61,211 nt of DNA from Myxococcota bacterium. Lineage in GTDB: Bacteria > Myxococcota > XYA12-FULL-58-9 > JALHOP01. The notes below the pieces were generated by a model that was given only the letters and a program-made list of their open reading frames with translations, searched no databases and was not told the origin of the DNA. The translations under genes and the position numbers were made by a program. The stretch covers positions 1 to 61,211 of the forward strand of contig JBGGMJ010000146.1 of NCBI GenBank assembly GCA_041288095.1, in the 5' to 3' direction. This document shows, piece after piece, positions 51,614-61,211 of the stretch (position 1 is the first letter of the stretch; every line of letters starts with the position of its first letter).

Positions 51614-51641
51614 GCAACCACTCGGCCGGGGTCGGCGAAGG
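51614..51641 (+). promoter_or_regulatory. Sigma28-like promoter GCAAC-N15-GGCGAAGG
   Basis: Ends 9 nt before ATG 51651; same motif family. Confidence 0.5.
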
Positions 51642-51650
51642 TGTAGGAGC

Positions 51651-52286
51651 ATGCCAACAGAACCTCTCCAGCTATGCGGCAACTTCACCATCGGCCGCGG
51701 CGGCGAGATGACCTCCGAGCAGCTGACGGAGCTTGCCGGGCCGGTAGGCGCCGAGCTCGAGCGCATCACCGCGGACGTTGAGCGGCGGTTGGTGCCCGTG
51801 GAGGCGGCGCGGGTCGCGGTCAATCGTCTGGAGAATGAGATCTTCCGCCTGCAACACGGCCGGCCGGTGGGCACGCCACGGCAGCTCGCGGCCGCACGAC
51901 GGCGGTTGGCGGACGCGACGGCGGTGCTCGAGCGCCTTGCCACTCGTTTTCAAGCCGACGTGGACCCGCGGCTGGCTCCGCTACGACCGACCATCGACCG
52001 CGTCTTGCGCGAGGCTCAGGCCGACTCCGCCGCCGCGAGCGCTGGGCCCGACGCCGACATGGACCGTTGGCTCGGCCCGCCGGGGCGCGTGCGCAGCATC
52101 ATCGAAGCCTTCCGTGTCGACTGCGTGAACGGCAACCATATCGCGAGTATGTCAGCGCGCACCGAGGAAGCGCGGGTCTCGGTCACGACCTATCAGCGCG
52201 TGCGACAGGCCTACGAGCGCCTCCGGCCGCACATCCCGGCAGGGCAGCGGTTGCCGAGCCAACCATCATGGGGCGGGGACGACTAG
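51651..52286 (+). CDS. Orphan helical protein (211 aa)
   Basis: ATG 51651, amphipathic/coiled-coil helices, no signal peptide; fills the gap between the flanking minus-strand genes. Confidence 0.6.
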   Translation: MPTEPLQLCGNFTIGRGGEMTSEQLTELAGPVGAELERITADVERRLVPVEAARVAVNRLENEIFRLQHGRPVGTPRQLAAARRRLADATAVLERLATRFQADVDPRLAPLRPTIDRVLREAQADSAAASAGPDADMDRWLGPPGRVRSIIEAFRVDCVNGNHIASMSARTEEARVSVTTYQRVRQAYERLRPHIPAGQRLPSQPSWGGDD

Positions 52287-54532
52287 AGATAGCCGCTACG
52301 CCGCCGCAGCGCCCAGTCCGCCGCGAAGATCGCGACCAGAGCAACGAGCGCCCAAGCGTTGTCCCACAGCTCGATGTTGCGGCGGCGATCCACCTCGACG
52401 ACCTCGGGGTCGATGGTCGCGAGCTGCCCGAAGACGTTGGCCGAGATGTCGAGCGCGTTGCCGGAGGTTGCGTCCGCCATGGCCTTCAAGAGATCGGGTC
52501 GCGGCGCCGCGCGGGTGAGCTCGAGCGAGCGTGACTCGATGACGAACACCGCTTGTCCGCTCCCGAGGTCGCGTCCCTGCTGCGTCGCCTTGGCACGGAT
52601 GCGATAGGCGCCACCGGGAAGGCTCTTGAAGGTGAAGCGCGCCGCGCCCTGCTCGTTGGTGAGCAAGCGCTCCGCCTGCGCTTGGCCGTGGTCGTTCTCG
52701 ACGGTCACATCGAGATCACCATAGGGCACGGGCTGATAGTCGCTTTCGCGGACGGTGAACGAAACGCTCACGTCGTCTCCGACCTCGAAGCGACGCTTCT
52801 CCGGCAGCACCTGGACGCGTGAGTGCTCGGGATCGCGGACGAGCCAGCGCAAGGCGTTCGACCAGAAGCGGTGGAAGGCGCGCTGTGATGCTCCGCCATC
52901 GCGGAAGCTCGAGAGGCGCCAGCGCCACATCGCGTCGGTGGCGATCGCCATGCTCCGGCCTTCGCCGACCTCCATGACCGCCACTACCGGCTGCGGGCCG
53001 TTCTTGGTGCCTTCGGTCGTGACCAGCGTCGTCGCCGACTGGACGATGCCGCTGACCCGGTTGATGCTGAGCCACGGCGGCAGCGCCGACCAGATGCGCT
53101 CGTTCGAGGCTCCACCTCGGCCGAGGTCGGTGATGGGATGCCGTCGCCCAGCTTCGGTCAGGGCCGCCTGGGCGCGCTCGTGGACGATGGTCGCCTGTGT
53201 GTCGAGGCGCACGGGCACGATGCCTTCGATCGGGGTGCGCGCGTAGCCGCCGTTCCCGAAGCTCTGCTCGCCGCCGATCATCACGAAGCCAAGCCCGTTC
53301 TTCACGGCCGCCGCGATGTTCGGGAGGTAGCGCTCCATCTGGTACGGGCGGTAGTCGAAGTTCTGGAAGATGACGACGTCGAAGCTCGACAGCTCGCTCG
53401 TGAACAGGCGCTCGACGGGAAACGGAATGAGCGACATCTCACTCTCGTCCGCCATGGGGATGTCGGTCGGGGTGCGCAAGATGAAGAACGAGATCAAGTC
53501 GACGTTCGGATTCTCCTTGAGGTGCTGGCGCAGGAAGCGCTCGTCCCAGCTGGGGCGGCCGGCGACCTGCAACACGCGGATCTTGTCGCGGATGACCTGG
53601 AGCACGAACGAGCGCTCATTGTTCGCTGTAACGGACTCGCCGGCGATCACGGGGACGCTGACCGAGTAGACGAACTCACCGATCTTGTCGGGCTTGGTCT
53701 TGAAGGTCGCGATCTGCGGCTTGCCCGGCGTCAGCACGACTTCTTGATTGGCCAAGATGTCGCCTTCGCGCTTCAACGTCAGAGGCACCGTGGTGCCGGC
53801 GATGCCGGTGACCTCGACCTGCACCTCGATGCTGATGGTGTTGTGCACGAAGGCGAACTCGTCGGCGACGACGTCGACGATGGCGATGTCGACGAAGGCG
53901 CCTCCGGCCGCGACGTTCACCGTGTTGATTGGTACGCCGATGGCCTCGAGTCGCTCGCTCGCGGCCTTGCCGAGCTTTCCCGGCTCACCCTCGAGACCCG
54001 CGTTGTCGGCGCCGTCCGAGAACAAGACCATGCCGGAGAGCGGCCGTCCGTTCCCGCGGCCGACGGCCGCTTCGATTCCGCGGAGCAGATCACTGCGCTC
54101 GCCTCGCGGCGGCGTTGCGAGCTGCGCATCGCTCAAGGGGCCGCTCAAGTCGTACCATTCCAGGGTGTGCTGCTCGCCCAGCGCCTTTAGCTGCGAAGCA
54201 CTCCGGTTGACCAAGCCCAGGAGCTGATCGTAGCGCGAGGTGCCCGACGCCGAGGGTAGCGTCATGCTCGCCGACCGATCGACGATGACGGCCAGGCGAT
54301 TCTTGATCTTGCGCACCGCGCGCAGCTGGATGGCGGGCTCGACGAGCACGCCGAGCACGCAGAGCGCCATGAGCAGGCGCGTGGTGATGAGCCAGACGCG
54401 GCGGCTCGATCCACGATAGCTCAGCACCAGCACCGTGACCGCGGCGACGACCGCGAGGCACGCGATCACCCGCCACGCGAACGGCAGGGGCGACAACGAG
54501 ACCAAGCTCCATGCGTTGTAAGTCTCTTGCAT
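52283..54532 (-). CDS. Membrane-anchored vWA-like + glutamine amidotransferase-like (GATase1-like) protein
   Basis: N-terminal TMs, VIVDRSASM, LFSDGADN, RVLQVAGRPSWDERFLR, VDLISFFILR, IPFP, GFVMIGG, FWSNALRWL, C-terminal DWALRRRSG. Confidence 0.85.
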   Translation of the reverse strand: MQETYNAWSLVSLSPLPFAWRVIACLAVVAAVTVLVLSYRGSSRRVWLITTRLLMALCVLGVLVEPAIQLRAVRKIKNRLAVIVDRSASMTLPSASGTSRYDQLLGLVNRSASQLKALGEQHTLEWYDLSGPLSDAQLATPPRGERSDLLRGIEAAVGRGNGRPLSGMVLFSDGADNAGLEGEPGKLGKAASERLEAIGVPINTVNVAAGGAFVDIAIVDVVADEFAFVHNTISIEVQVEVTGIAGTTVPLTLKREGDILANQEVVLTPGKPQIATFKTKPDKIGEFVYSVSVPVIAGESVTANNERSFVLQVIRDKIRVLQVAGRPSWDERFLRQHLKENPNVDLISFFILRTPTDIPMADESEMSLIPFPVERLFTSELSSFDVVIFQNFDYRPYQMERYLPNIAAAVKNGLGFVMIGGEQSFGNGGYARTPIEGIVPVRLDTQATIVHERAQAALTEAGRRHPITDLGRGGASNERIWSALPPWLSINRVSGIVQSATTLVTTEGTKNGPQPVVAVMEVGEGRSMAIATDAMWRWRLSSFRDGGASQRAFHRFWSNALRWLVRDPEHSRVQVLPEKRRFEVGDDVSVSFTVRESDYQPVPYGDLDVTVENDHGQAQAERLLTNEQGAARFTFKSLPGGAYRIRAKATQQGRDLGSGQAVFVIESRSLELTRAAPRPDLLKAMADATSGNALDISANVFGQLATIDPEVVEVDRRRNIELWDNAWALVALVAIFAADWALRRRSGYL

Positions 54533-54538
54533 GGTCGG

Positions 54539-56454
<1,916 letters not shown>

Positions 56455-56474
56455 CTAACACTGAGGCAACCACT

Positions 56475-56729
56475 ATGAGCATTCCCGCATGCAAAGGCGT
56501 TTCTCCTGAAACTCTGGGTCTGACGTCCGCGGAGATTTCCCAACTCGACGTCGTCGATCGCGTCGTCGGCGACGGCGATGGGGTGGCGACGGTCGGGGAG
56601 TACGACCGTTTCTTGATGGCCACGTTCCGAGGGCCGGATCAGGTGCTCCCACGCGAGCCTTGGGTGAAAGAACGCCTGCAGCAGCTGCAAGACGCGGGCA
56701 GCTGCGGCGTCCGCGTGCGCAAGACTTGA
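56475..56729 (+). CDS. Small orphan protein with EF-hand-like loop (84 aa)
   Basis: GAGG SD, ATG 56475, DRVVGDGDGVATVGEYD. Confidence 0.6.
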   Translation: MSIPACKGVSPETLGLTSAEISQLDVVDRVVGDGDGVATVGEYDRFLMATFRGPDQVLPREPWVKERLQQLQDAGSCGVRVRKT

Positions 56730-56746
56730 GCGTGCCGCTTTGAGCG

Positions 56747-57226
56747 TCAGTTCGTGAGCAAGCGCTCGCGCTCGGCTTCGAAGTCGGCGACGGACATTTC
56801 GCCGACCACGACCTGGCGCGAGATCTCGAGCAGGCGCTGACGTGTTTTCGCAGGCAAGTCGCGGAACGTATAGGCACGCAGCACCACGGTGTGCGTGGGT
56901 TGTGGCGTGATCGCGAGCTCGAAAAGCGCGGGGACCAGGGCGAAGGGCCCAAGAAGGCCGCTGAACAGGCCGAGCGACACGTTCATGCCCGGCGCGTAGA
57001 TCCCCGCTGGGTCGCCTTCAGTGATGAAGAAACCGTCGGCGTCCAAGCGGTCACCTTCGAGCTGCAGCAGCCTGTCGAAGCGTCGTCTATCCGCGACCAC
57101 GTTCGGAACCGCGACCGGGCCCAGGTCGACGAACTCACGCAGCGGCTCCGGCCCGAGGCGCGCAGGTGCAAACGCGCGCGAGCTGTCGCCCGCGAGCAGC
57201 ACCGCCACGCCCAACGCGACGATCAC
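56747..57226 (-). CDS. Hypothetical exported/membrane protein
   Basis: GTGA overlap with the HD-GYP stop, N-terminal hydrophobic segment, C-terminal SHOCT-like MSVADFEAERERLL. Confidence 0.6.
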   Translation of the reverse strand: MIVALGVAVLLAGDSSRAFAPARLGPEPLREFVDLGPVAVPNVVADRRRFDRLLQLEGDRLDADGFFITEGDPAGIYAPGMNVSLGLFSGLLGPFALVPALFELAITPQPTHTVVLRAYTFRDLPAKTRQRLLEISRQVVVGEMSVADFEAERERLLTN

Positions 57227-58890
57227 GCCCGCGCAGCCTCACGCGGCACTTCCGCGGGCTGCTTCATCAGACGCGGCTTCGGCACGATCTTCACGAGCCC
57301 GTCCTCATCGACATTGTCGATGAGCTCCACCGGGAGGAACTTGCTGGCGTAGTCGCGGTAGACGCCCGAGCGCACGAATAGATCGAAGAGCTCCGGGTCG
57401 ATGTGATTGTCGGCCTTCATCATGCCCATGATCTTCATGGCGTCGGAGAGCTTCTTGCCGCTCTTGTAGGGACGGTCCTGAGCCGTCAAAGCTTCGAAGA
57501 TGTCCGCGATAGCCATCATGCGCGCCGGCGTCGACATCTGTTCGCGCGTGAGGCCGCGCGGGTAGCCGGTGCCGTCCATCTTCTCGTGGTGGCCGCCGGC
57601 GTATTCGGGAACGCGCTCGAGGTGCTTGGGGAAGGGGAGCTTCTCGAGCATCTCGATGGTGATGACGATGTGGTCGTTGATGATCTTGCGCTCTTCGTTG
57701 TTGAGCGTGCCGCGGCGGATCGACAGGTTGTAGATCTCTTCCTTCGACAACAAAGGCCGCTCGACACCGGCAACGGTGATCATGCGCGCGCCAATCTTCT
57801 CGACGCGCGCGATACTGGCGTCGTCCATGAACTCGCCGCCGATGTTCGCCTTGCGCAGGAACTCCATGTCCGCGTCGAGCTCGGCGAGCTGGGCGTCGAG
57901 CACATCGCGCGTGGGCTTTGCCTTGCCGCGCGCCTTACGCCACGCGAGCTCGAGGTCGCGCTTCAACACTTCGACCCGCAGCGCCACTTCGTTGACGCGG
58001 TCGTAGATGGTCTCGAGCTTGGTTGCCTTGTCCATCACGTGGACCGGCGTCACGATCTTGCCGCAGTCGTGCAAGAAGCACGCGATGTGCAGCTCGTACC
58101 ATTCCTCTTCGTCGAGGTTGAACGAGGCGAAGGGGCCGTCCTTGGCGTTGCACGCCGCGCGCGCCAGCATCTCGGTGAGGAGCGGAACGCGTTTGCAGTG
58201 GCCGCCGGTGTACGGTGACTTCTTGTCGATGGCGTCTGCGATGAGGCGAATGAACGCGTCGAGGAGGTCGCGTTGCGCCGCGATCAAGCGTTGATTGTCG
58301 AGCGCCACGGCGGCTTGCGAGGCGAGTGACTCGACGACTTGCTGCACCTCGGTGTTGAACGGGACCGGATCGGCATGATCGCGATCGCGGGCATTCAAGA
58401 GCTGCAGGACGCCGATGACCTCGTCCTTGTTGTTCTTCATCGGCACCGTCAGGAACGACATCGAGCGATAGCCGTTGGCCTGATCGAACTTCTTGGTGCC
58501 GGAGAAGTCGAAGCCGGCGGCGTGGTAGGCGTCGGGGATGTTGAGCGACACGCCTTGCAGCGCCGCGTAGGTCGCGACGTTGTGATGGTTCGGCTCGCGT
58601 GTCGTCGCATCGTACAGCGGCAGGCGCGGGAGCTTGATCTCCTTGCCGGTGGTGCCGCCGAGCGCGATGCCTAGCGACGTAGTGCGCATGATCGCGAACT
58701 CGAGGTGATCATCCTTGGTGCGCAGATAGATCGTGCCGCCGTCCGCGTTAGCGATCTCCTTGGCCTCGAGCAAAATGAGCTCGAGCAGCTTCGCGTGATT
58801 CTTCTCGGTCGATAGAGCGACACCGATGTGCGTCAGCTGGCGCAAGCGCGTGAGATAGTCGGATGAGCTATCGACCATGGGGGGCATCAC
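57223..58890 (-). CDS. GAF + HD-GYP c-di-GMP phosphodiesterase
   Basis: ADGGTIY, SFLTVPM...IGVLQLLN, DKKSPYTGGHC, LHDCGK, HHEKMDGTGYP, ADIFEALTA.DRPYK. Start may be 58890, 58887 or 58878. Confidence 0.93.
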   Translation of the reverse strand: MMPPMVDSSSDYLTRLRQLTHIGVALSTEKNHAKLLELILLEAKEIANADGGTIYLRTKDDHLEFAIMRTTSLGIALGGTTGKEIKLPRLPLYDATTREPNHHNVATYAALQGVSLNIPDAYHAAGFDFSGTKKFDQANGYRSMSFLTVPMKNNKDEVIGVLQLLNARDRDHADPVPFNTEVQQVVESLASQAAVALDNQRLIAAQRDLLDAFIRLIADAIDKKSPYTGGHCKRVPLLTEMLARAACNAKDGPFASFNLDEEEWYELHIACFLHDCGKIVTPVHVMDKATKLETIYDRVNEVALRVEVLKRDLELAWRKARGKAKPTRDVLDAQLAELDADMEFLRKANIGGEFMDDASIARVEKIGARMITVAGVERPLLSKEEIYNLSIRRGTLNNEERKIINDHIVITIEMLEKLPFPKHLERVPEYAGGHHEKMDGTGYPRGLTREQMSTPARMMAIADIFEALTAQDRPYKSGKKLSDAMKIMGMMKADNHIDPELFDLFVRSGVYRDYASKFLPVELIDNVDEDGLVKIVPKPRLMKQPAEVPREAARA

Positions 58891-58992
58891 CTTGGAGCGG
58901 GCTACCGCAATGGAACCACACCGCGCGGTCTTCTTCCATGTCTCTTGCGCCCGTTGATAGACCTACGTGTACCTACGTCGAGAGGAATCGCC

Positions 58993-59529
58993 ATGGCTGG
59001 GATCGATCAAAGTCGGCAGTTTCAGCCGGTGACTATCGCGGTTTTGACGATTTCCGACACTCGCACCGCGGCCGATGACCGCTCGGGCGCGACGTTGGCC
59101 GAGCTCATCGAGCGTGATGGGCACGCCGTCGGGGCGCGGGCGATTGTGAAAGACGACCTCGAGGCGATCCGCGACAGCGTACGGACTTGGGCGGCAGATC
59201 CGAAGATTCAGGTGGTCGTCACCACCGGTGGCACCGGACTCACGGCCCGCGATGTCACTCCAGAGGCCCTCGAGCCGCTATTCGACAAGCGTATCGACGG
59301 CTTCGGCGAGCTTTTCCGGATGCTCAGCTACGAGAGCGTTGGCGTTTCCACACTGCAATCGCGGGCGGTTGGCGGCATCGTCCAAGGGACCTACGTCTTC
59401 GGGCTCCCGGGCTCGCCCTCGGCGTGTCGCGACGGCTGGGAAAAGATCCTGAAATTCCAGCTCGATAGCCGCTACCGGCCCTGCAACCTGGTCGAGCTGA
59501 TGCCGCGCCTCCTGTCATCCCCCTTTTGA
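58993..59529 (+). CDS. moaB: Molybdenum cofactor biosynthesis protein B
   Basis: [15 protein letters not shown]...[43 protein letters not shown]. Confidence 0.95.
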   Translation: MAGIDQSRQFQPVTIAVLTISDTRTAADDRSGATLAELIERDGHAVGARAIVKDDLEAIRDSVRTWAADPKIQVVVTTGGTGLTARDVTPEALEPLFDKRIDGFGELFRMLSYESVGVSTLQSRAVGGIVQGTYVFGLPGSPSACRDGWEKILKFQLDSRYRPCNLVELMPRLLSSPF

Positions 59530-59556
59530 ACAACCGTGACAGGTAAGCCCCGATGA
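59530..59556 (+). promoter_or_regulatory. Sigma28-like promoter ACAAC-N14-CCCGATGA
   Basis: Ends 9 nt before ATG 59566; same motif family. Confidence 0.5.
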
Positions 59557-59565
59557 TTACGGGCG

Positions 59566-60459
59566 ATGCCAGTCGAGACACGTACGCAGAGCCCCATCGG
59601 TCTTTCGTTCCCGCCGCTTGCAACGAGCAAGATGTTGCCGGTGCCCGTCAAGGAGCTGCCGAGCGTCGAGAGCCTCAAGCGCTCACTCATCGCCACCGCG
59701 GCCGAGCTGTCGCGGCGTGGGACCGAGCTCGAGAAGCTCACGCGCGATACTTTCGAACAACGTGCTCATGCGCGGCTCATGCGGGTGGCGGGCCGCCTCG
59801 AGGAGGGCGGCTACCACACCGGGGGCGCCGTCCTGGGCATGACGATGATCGGCTGCTTGGTCGGCGCATTCGCTGGCTATGTCGGCCTCGAGACAACGCG
59901 TTCGCTGGCCGTCGCTTGGGCAGCGGCCGGAACCGTCGGCGGCCTGTGCATCCTGACGCCGCCGCTGGCGATGTGGCTCGTCCCTTGGTCCAAACGAACG
60001 ACTGCACCCGCGCCGCCCATGGTCGAGCTTGGTAGCCTTTCCCCCGAGCTCGAGCGTTTCAAGGCCGCGGAGGGCCCCACCAAGATACAGGCATGCGCGA
60101 GCCTCGCCGCCGTGCGCGACGACCTGCATCAGCGGCAGATGCTCTCGCCCGAGGCTTTGGCCGCGCTGAACGCGGCGGTCGATGAAGCCGTCGCCGCCGA
60201 GGCGCGCGGCGACGCTAGCGCACGCCCCCTCCTGGAGCTGGCACGACTGCTTTCCGAGCCGCTCGATGCCGCAGCTGTCGAGAGAGCCAAGGCCCAGTTG
60301 GCGCTGGTCCCGGCCGCCGAGCGGGCCTGCGTAGCCCAAGCGGTCCACGAGGTCGTCTTTGCGGACCGCAAACGCATCCAGGCCACGAAGTACCCGGTGC
60401 GCAATGCTCTGCACGAGCTCCTGACCGGCGCCACCAAGGCGTCGCCGCAGACGGGCTGA
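59566..60459 (+). CDS. Orphan protein with coiled coil and Gly-rich two-helix hydrophobic hairpin
   Basis: GGAVLGMTMIGCLVGAFAGYVG...LAVAWAAAGTVGGLCILTPPLAMWL; no signal peptide. Confidence 0.65.
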   Translation: MPVETRTQSPIGLSFPPLATSKMLPVPVKELPSVESLKRSLIATAAELSRRGTELEKLTRDTFEQRAHARLMRVAGRLEEGGYHTGGAVLGMTMIGCLVGAFAGYVGLETTRSLAVAWAAAGTVGGLCILTPPLAMWLVPWSKRTTAPAPPMVELGSLSPELERFKAAEGPTKIQACASLAAVRDDLHQRQMLSPEALAALNAAVDEAVAAEARGDASARPLLELARLLSEPLDAAAVERAKAQLALVPAAERACVAQAVHEVVFADRKRIQATKYPVRNALHELLTGATKASPQTG

Positions 60460-60466
60460 CAGCTTC

Positions 60467-60492
60467 CAAAGGCCCGAAATTCGGGGCCTTTG
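60467..60492. terminator. Hairpin terminator
   Basis: CAAAGGCCC-GAAATTCG-GGGCCTTTG immediately after the 60459 stop. Confidence 0.7.
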
Positions 60493-60493
60493 C

Positions 60494-60520
60494 GCAACTT
60501 TCAGCGCTGGGAGCCGATGC
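60494..60520 (+). promoter_or_regulatory. Sigma28-like promoter GCAAC-N14-GCCGATGC
   Basis: Best match to the FliA -10 element (GCCGAT); ends 10 nt before ATG 60531. Confidence 0.6.
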
Positions 60521-60530
60521 TGAAAGGAAG

Positions 60531-61211
60531 ATGAGGCTCGATGTTGGGAGAGCTTTGCACGTCGTCGACCTTACGCAAGTAGGGTCCAGCAGAGCCATCG
60601 CCGAGCCCCACCTCCTCGAGGTCAAACAGGCCGTCATGCAGCAGCCGAAGATCGTCTCGAACGACGGTCTCGTGCGCCTGCCGAAAACCTTCCAAGCCGA
60701 ACGCCAGGCCGCTCTCGCCGCACTGCTGCGGCATTACTACCCGGTCGGCCACGCGGGTTTGCACGTTTGCAGCAAGCTCGACCTCGACGCGATTGGCCGG
60801 GTCGGCCGCCGCGACGAAGTGGGCAAGCTCGCCAAGGCAGCGCTCGCCATCCCACATGCGCTGTCCGGTGACTTCTTCGGGTCGCCGCTCACTTCTGAAG
60901 GCGACGTGCGCATCGATACGCATCTCGCCTTCACCCATCACGCGAAGCTGGTTCGCGATTTGCTCGAGCGTGGGTGCGAAGTCTACTTGATGGTGCAGCC
61001 AGGCGGCGCCACCGAGGCGGTTTACAATACCGACGTGCTGACCGCGATTGCGGACTGGCTCGTCGTCTCGAGCTTGCGCTGGCAGCAACGGCGAGTCGAG
61101 CAGCTCGCCTACACCGGCGGTATCCAGCTCGACCGCGACGTGCCCGGCAAAGGCTCCATCGAGTGGGGTGACACGCTACAGGTTGTCCGCGGCGGCAAAC
61201 ACTACCTGCTA
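60531..61211 (+). CDS. Amidinotransferase/DDAH-superfamily-like protein (3' truncated, absent from ORF track)
   Basis: Manual translation is open from ATG 60531 to the window end: MRLDVGRALH...AFTHHAKLVRDLLERGCEVYLM..TEAVYNTDVL...GSIEWGDTL. These resemble the DDAH/ADI H..Y/L...L, PD.VF..D and LEGGD motifs. Confidence 0.6.
   Translation, partial: MRLDVGRALHVVDLTQVGSSRAIAEPHLLEVKQAVMQQPKIVSNDGLVRLPKTFQAERQAALAALLRHYYPVGHAGLHVCSKLDLDAIGRVGRRDEVGKLAKAALAIPHALSGDFFGSPLTSEGDVRIDTHLAFTHHAKLVRDLLERGCEVYLMVQPGGATEAVYNTDVLTAIADWLVVSSLRWQQRRVEQLAYTGGIQLDRDVPGKGSIEWGDTLQVVRGGKHYLL

Noticed and set aside
60501..61088. 195-aa minus-strand ORF
   Set aside because: Antisense shadow of the plus-strand ORF from 60531, which has better codon usage, a promoter motif and family-like motifs.

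Overview
High-GC bacterial chromosomal window, most likely Myxococcota or a related deltaproteobacterial lineage (DUF4388, Cys-rich repeat lipoproteins, CglB-like vWA lipoproteins, GTP-type PEPCK). It holds about 47 genes and one tRNA-Gly(GCC). I found no mobile element, prophage or CRISPR array. Housekeeping genes (pckG, Leu/Val/Phe dehydrogenase, trmFO, xerC, queC, hslVU, hemB, moaB, MoxR-DUF58-transglutaminase) are mixed with surface systems. These include three large Cys-rich lipoproteins (two with vWA domains, one of which has a repeat array inserted inside the vWA), an operon of an outer-membrane barrel plus two ~1300-aa metzincin lipoproteins, and a TPR-barrel/FecR pair. The window also has c-di-GMP signalling genes (a GAF-GGDEF-PilZ-HATPase-like protein next to a STAS/Zn-ribbon protein, and a GAF-HD-GYP protein). 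The most notable non-annotated signal is a shared sigma28/FliA-like promoter motif, [G/A]CAAC-N14/15-nnCGA[T/A]. It sits upstream of five scattered orphan genes that lack signal peptides: an EF-hand nuclease, a small EF-hand protein, a helical orphan, a hydrophobic-hairpin protein and an amidinotransferase-like ORF missing from the ORF track. This suggests a dispersed, co-regulated candidate effector regulon (inference). All domain calls come from motif recognition by eye; no searches were run.
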